From Candidatus Hermodarchaeota archaeon (GTDB lineage: Archaea; Asgardarchaeota; Lokiarchaeia; Sigyniarchaeales; SOKP01): a stretch of 12,342 nucleotides of DNA. Both the position numbers and the translations under genes were made by a program. Location: contig JBHLLP010000068.1 in NCBI GenBank assembly GCA_048885525.1, forward strand, positions 1 through 12,342, read 5' to 3'. The notes under the pieces were generated by a model, which was not told the origin of the DNA, did not search any database, and worked only from the letters and a program-made list of their open reading frames with translations. Below are positions 8,442-12,342 of this stretch, one piece after another (position 1 is the stretch's first letter; the number at the start of each line of letters is the position of its first letter).

Positions 8442-10328
8442 ATGATTGTAAAAAGAAAGAAGGGTCGTCAAATACCGGGTATTATTTCATATATGGAGCT
8501 TTTTTCATCTAAAAAATTAGCATATTCTATCTTTTTTGGGACTCCTATTGCTTTAGGCATAATATCATTACTATTGAACTATCTTTTAATAAAGAGATAT
8601 ATAGACCTTCTACACTTTATCCGATTTGTATTTCTTTTTCTTTTAACTTCTGGATTTGGTACTTTATTTTCAATGGGATTCTATTCAAGAAGATCCCCCA
8701 TTTTAAAATCACCTCCTACTGGGTGGTCTATTCAAATGAATGCATTTTTTTGCGCTATAACGGAAACCACATTTATTCTTGGTCAGATTGTAGCGATACT
8801 TGTAAATAATATTAGAATGCAGGAAGTCTTTCTTATATTAGGCTGTATTCTCTCATATATTGTTGCCTTTGTAATATATTTCTCATTCACAACAGTAGGA
8901 CGCAGTGGAAATTTAATTTTAGCATTAATTCAACCCTTCACAGCAATTATAACCTATAGCCTATATACAGGTCAATTTGAAATTGATTTTTTTATCAGAG
9001 CTATGATAATTTTTATAGTTTGTGCTCTATTTTTTGCCGTACCTTATAGAAGGGGATTATTTAAAGTAAGCAATATATACCAAGAAGCAACAGGAATGAG
9101 AGGATATGCATTTATTAGAGCATTTATTCTTTCTATGATGACAGAGGGTAATGATGATCTTATCGAGCGTTATTTTGATAATGTTGGTTTAAAATCTGAA
9201 GTAAAAATCCAATATCTAGTAATCCGAAGTTTAAATACGAAAAAGATTAAAGGTTTATTTATTATACCACACGTTCATTTTGGACCTTTTAAGAGCTGTG
9301 GTTCATCGGATTTACCTGAATATATTTATAAGGAATTTCAAGATATTCCTGGAATTACAGTTTTTCATACTACAAATGATCATACTCAAAATCTTACAAC
9401 TCAAGGTTATGTTGATACAATAATTAAGAGAGTCAAACAAGACCTTTCTGAAATCAAGAAAACCACAGAAGATGATTGGATTAAAGAAGTAAGAGGGTTC
9501 ACAAGAAAAATTTCAAATTCGGCAAAACTTATTGGTACTGAGATTGGAGATGTTCCAGTTGTTTTTATAACTAGACATCCACTTCCTTCTGACGATATTG
9601 AGGTAGAAATTGGGGATGATATAAGAGATATTTCTAAATCTAATGGTTATAAAGAAATTATCATCATAGATTCTCATAATGCTATAATTGGAGATGAAAT
9701 TTTGATTAAGAAAAACACTATTGAAGCTAATGATTTAATTGATGTTGTTAAAAAGTATATGGAGAGTGAAACTGTAAAAAAGATCCAATATGCTCCAATG
9801 TTATATGGGGTTGCAAAGGATCAGTTAACGGAATTTTCTGAATATGATGGAATTGGGTTTGGAGGGATGACACTTCATTTATTTAAAAATACAATAACAA
9901 ACCAGAAAACTGTAATAATTCATTTCGATGGAAATAATGCGTATGTTGAAATTCGTTCCAATATCTTAAATTTTTTACAAAATCAAGGAATAGATAGGGC
10001 AGAAATTACAACATCTGATTCACATACAGTAGCTAGGCAATTTTCCAATCGAGGATATTCCCCAATTGGAGATAAAATTAAAATAGATTTCATTCTAAGA
10101 AAGTTAGAAGTACTTATCAAAATGGCTGAAAAAAATTTAGAACCGGTTGAATTCCTTTACAAAGATTCATTAGAAAATGTGAAGATCTGGGGAGACCCGC
10201 ACTATTTTAATGTTATAATCGATACGCTTAAGGAATGTATCAGAGTCTCTCAAAGTTTATTAACCATAAGTTTAATTGCCCCAACTATCTTTTCATTGGC
10301 ATTTTTAATATTTTTATATACATTCTAA
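8442..10328 (+). CDS. DUF2070 family membrane protein (putative metal-dependent hydrolase)
   Basis: About 6 N-terminal TM helices, then PHVHFGPF..CGSSDLP, HTTNDHTQN, IIDSHN, FDGNN and TSDSH motifs, and one C-terminal TM. Confidence 0.88.
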   Translation: MIVKRKKGRQIPGIISYMELFSSKKLAYSIFFGTPIALGIISLLLNYLLIKRYIDLLHFIRFVFLFLLTSGFGTLFSMGFYSRRSPILKSPPTGWSIQMNAFFCAITETTFILGQIVAILVNNIRMQEVFLILGCILSYIVAFVIYFSFTTVGRSGNLILALIQPFTAIITYSLYTGQFEIDFFIRAMIIFIVCALFFAVPYRRGLFKVSNIYQEATGMRGYAFIRAFILSMMTEGNDDLIERYFDNVGLKSEVKIQYLVIRSLNTKKIKGLFIIPHVHFGPFKSCGSSDLPEYIYKEFQDIPGITVFHTTNDHTQNLTTQGYVDTIIKRVKQDLSEIKKTTEDDWIKEVRGFTRKISNSAKLIGTEIGDVPVVFITRHPLPSDDIEVEIGDDIRDISKSNGYKEIIIIDSHNAIIGDEILIKKNTIEANDLIDVVKKYMESETVKKIQYAPMLYGVAKDQLTEFSEYDGIGFGGMTLHLFKNTITNQKTVIIHFDGNNAYVEIRSNILNFLQNQGIDRAEITTSDSHTVARQFSNRGYSPIGDKIKIDFILRKLEVLIKMAEKNLEPVEFLYKDSLENVKIWGDPHYFNVIIDTLKECIRVSQSLLTISLIAPTIFSLAFLIFLYTF

Positions 10329-10426
10329 ACTATTTAATAATATTATTGCACAAAAAATTCAAAATTTATATAATCCATTCTCTTAATTTTTATTTATACA
10401 AATAAAACAAAAAAATGAATTAGAAA

Positions 10427-11152
10427 ATGTCATTAAGTCCTTTGGACACAATAAATGGAATATTTTCTCTTATTTTTGTAGTGATCTCTTTATTAATTGG
10501 TTTTATTATACTCTCGAGATTCTTTAAATATAAAGAAAAGATATATTTTTTAGTTGGGGCAACTTGGATATTTATATCTGAACCTTGGTGGCCTTCTAGT
10601 ATTTCTTTCCTAATAGCATTAGTTAATGGTGTTGGAATCCCATCAGGTATATATTTTTTTATTGGAAATGTTTTTGTACCCCTAGCGATAATTCTTTGGT
10701 TATTAGCTTTTACTGATTTCTTGTATACCGAAAAACGCAAATTAATCCTTTCTCTTTTCATTATAATTGGAGCTATCTTTGAGATTCTGTTTTTTATATT
10801 CCTATTTCTCGATCAAAGTTTGATTGGAGAATTAAATGGCCCAGTAGATGTAAATTATAAGTATTTTATAATGGTATTTTTAATAATATTTCTTATAATT
10901 GTCGTAGTTTCAGGTTTTTTATTTGCTAATCTTTCTTTAAAATCTAAGGATCCAGAAGTAAGACTCAAGGGTAAATTATTAATAGTTGCTTATATTGCAT
11001 TTTCATTTGGAGCATTAATAGACTCATCTATACCTTTTAGTGAACCAACAGTAATTATTGTCAGATTAATTTTAATATTGAGTGCAATTTGTTGGTATGG
11101 AGGTTTTATTCTGCCAAAATGGATGAAAAAGTTCCTTTTAAAAACTAAATAA
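10427..11152 (+). CDS. Stand-alone seven-transmembrane protein (receptor-like; layout reminiscent of HisKA_7TM sensor domains)
   Basis: Seven hydrophobic segments with basic loops after TM1, TM3 and TM5 and a basic C-tail, implying N-out/C-in topology. No catalytic domain. Function is inferred. Confidence 0.8.
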   Translation: MSLSPLDTINGIFSLIFVVISLLIGFIILSRFFKYKEKIYFLVGATWIFISEPWWPSSISFLIALVNGVGIPSGIYFFIGNVFVPLAIILWLLAFTDFLYTEKRKLILSLFIIIGAIFEILFFIFLFLDQSLIGELNGPVDVNYKYFIMVFLIIFLIIVVVSGFLFANLSLKSKDPEVRLKGKLLIVAYIAFSFGALIDSSIPFSEPTVIIVRLILILSAICWYGGFILPKWMKKFLLKTK

Positions 11153-11153
11153 C

Positions 11154-11181
11154 TTCTCTTTTTAAAATATTATTTTTTTTT
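11154..11181 (+). terminator. Possible archaeal oligo-T terminator after the 7TM gene
   Basis: ttctctttttt followed by a further long T run directly after the stop codon. Confidence 0.4.
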
Positions 11182-11258
11182 ATAATACTTAGATATTATC
11201 CAAATTCATATTTTCATTTCATTCTTTCTTAATTAATCATCTAATTTTATGAATTAAA

Positions 11259-11786
11259 ATGTTAAGTTCTGAAATAAGTCTTTTAAGAAAGGTGACTTTT
11301 ATAGGACGACCAGCAGTCGGAAAAACTACGATGTTAAAGCTCCTATCCGAACAAACAATTGACAGATTATACATTCCAACTCATGGTTTGGATCTTAAAA
11401 CAATAAAACTTGAAAACTTTTATTTGAGGGTTTGGGATTTAGCAGGTCAAAGTAGTTATCTTAAGACCTATTCAAAAGATTATCTTTTAGGGTCAGATAT
11501 CATTTTCATAGTAACTGATTCAACTCCTCGAAATATCTTAAGTTCTCGGGAACTTATTAACTATGCTTGTCAATTCGTTGGAAAGGAATGTCCTATTATT
11601 GCAATTGCAAATAAGCAAGACTTAGTAAAAATTGATGGGAGAATGGATGTAAAACGTGTTGAAGATGTACTCCACTGCAAAACTTATGGGTTAACAGCTA
11701 TTAACCCTTCAGAACGGATAAAATTGATGAATATTATTAAAAAAGAATTAGATAAAGTAGCAATTAGGAGGAGATTAAAAGATTGA
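11259..11786 (+). CDS. Ras-superfamily small GTPase (Arf/Rab-like, Asgard type)
   Basis: G1 GRPAVGKT, G2 YIPTHG, G3 WDLAGQ, G4 NKQD, G5-like LTA; 175 aa with no extra domains. Confidence 0.95.
   Translation: MLSSEISLLRKVTFIGRPAVGKTTMLKLLSEQTIDRLYIPTHGLDLKTIKLENFYLRVWDLAGQSSYLKTYSKDYLLGSDIIFIVTDSTPRNILSSRELINYACQFVGKECPIIAIANKQDLVKIDGRMDVKRVEDVLHCKTYGLTAINPSERIKLMNIIKKELDKVAIRRRLKD
11766..11773 (+). promoter_or_regulatory. Shine-Dalgarno site inside the GTPase 3' end, serving the downstream TTG start
   Basis: AGGAGGAG ends 9 nt before TTG 11783, which overlaps the GTPase TGA (TTGA). Confidence 0.65.
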
Positions 11787-12342
11787 ATTTTACTGAAAGT
11801 GAAATGTTTGGAGCTGCCTTAATCGGTTTTGATATGATAGATGGTCCCTTCTTAAAATGGAAAAAGGAGTTTTCAAATATAAACAATGAAGTAAATTTAA
11901 ATGACTTTGCCATGAATTTTTATTTAGCTTTTCGTGGAGGAAATAATTCAGTCAAAAAACCACGAGCAATTCTATATGACGAATTTTACATAGTTGCTTT
12001 TCCAAGAGATTTAGAACTTTGTTGTCTTTTCATGAAACCTCAGAATGTTGATAATAATATTAAACAATTAAACAAAATTGCTTCACGAATTATTACTGAA
12101 ATGGAATCAAATGATGAAGATGATGAAAAAGAAACAATTGTAGATTCTGATGAGAATACAATTGAAGAAATAATAAGATTGATCCCAAATTTGTTGAGTG
12201 GCACAAAAATGACAACCCCAGAACTAAGGAGATATTTTAAGCTCTCTAACTCTCAAATCTGGAAAATTATGTCAGATTTAGAAAATTCCAAAAAAATTGA
12301 ACGTGTAGCTAAAAAAGGAAGGTCTATACTTTGGACCGCCAT
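11783..12342 (+). CDS. 3'-truncated ORF absent from the supplied track: longin/uDENN-like domain + acidic linker + winged helix-turn-helix
   Basis: Manual translation, open for 186 codons to the window end: MNFTESEMFGAALIGFDMIDGPFLKW...FAMNFYLAFRGG...PRAILYDEFYIVAFPRDLELCCLFM...QLNKIASRIITEM-ESNDEDDEKE...-IIRLIPNLLSGTKMTTPELRRYFKLSNSQIWKIMSDLENSKKIERVAKKGRSILWTA. Alternative start ATG 11804. The ORF is secure; domain calls are by motif recognition. Confidence 0.85.
   Translation, partial: MNFTESEMFGAALIGFDMIDGPFLKWKKEFSNINNEVNLNDFAMNFYLAFRGGNNSVKKPRAILYDEFYIVAFPRDLELCCLFMKPQNVDNNIKQLNKIASRIITEMESNDEDDEKETIVDSDENTIEEIIRLIPNLLSGTKMTTPELRRYFKLSNSQIWKIMSDLENSKKIERVAKKGRSILWTA

Noticed and set aside
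10420-10761. 113-aa minus-strand ORF
   Set aside because: K/I/N-rich mirror of the T-rich codons of the 7TM gene.
10427-11152. 7TM protein as a rhodopsin or true GPCR
   Set aside because: No retinal-binding Lys within TM7 (no DxxxK or SxxxK) and no DRY or NPxxY motifs; only the helix count is shared.
679-11786. Selenocysteine read-through at the TGA stops of the racemase, NTase, PAC2 and GTPase genes
   Set aside because: The proteins look complete at those stops, the TGAs are not at catalytic Cys positions, and no SECIS-like hairpin was seen.
1-12342. tRNA, rRNA, CRISPR array or IS element
   Set aside because: All intergenic gaps are under about 180 nt and extremely AT-rich, with no GC-rich stems, spaced repeats, terminal inverted repeats or transposase ORF.

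Overview
A very AT-rich (roughly 27-30% GC by eye), gene-dense window with archaeal features: TATA-like boxes about 25 nt upstream of starts, PAC2 and DUF2070 genes, and a Ras-superfamily small GTPase. The gene content best fits an Asgard archaeon of Lokiarchaeia type (inference). Left (+): O6-methylguanine methyltransferase, an Asp/Glu racemase homologue with only one catalytic Cys, and an MFS transporter with a ~300-aa helical tail. Middle (-): six co-oriented genes (membrane/zinc-ribbon protein, PAC2 chaperone, Pol-beta-type nucleotidyltransferase, a helical hypothetical, a MoaD/ThiS-like protein lacking terminal Gly-Gly, an 88-aa hypothetical). Right (+): DUF2070, a stand-alone 7TM protein, a small GTPase, and an ORF missing from the supplied track (11783 to window end). 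That ORF overlaps the GTPase stop and appears to fuse a longin/uDENN-like domain to a winged helix. This GTPase + longin-wHTH pair, possibly with the 7TM protein, is the most interesting candidate system. No RNA genes, CRISPR arrays or mobile elements were recognised.
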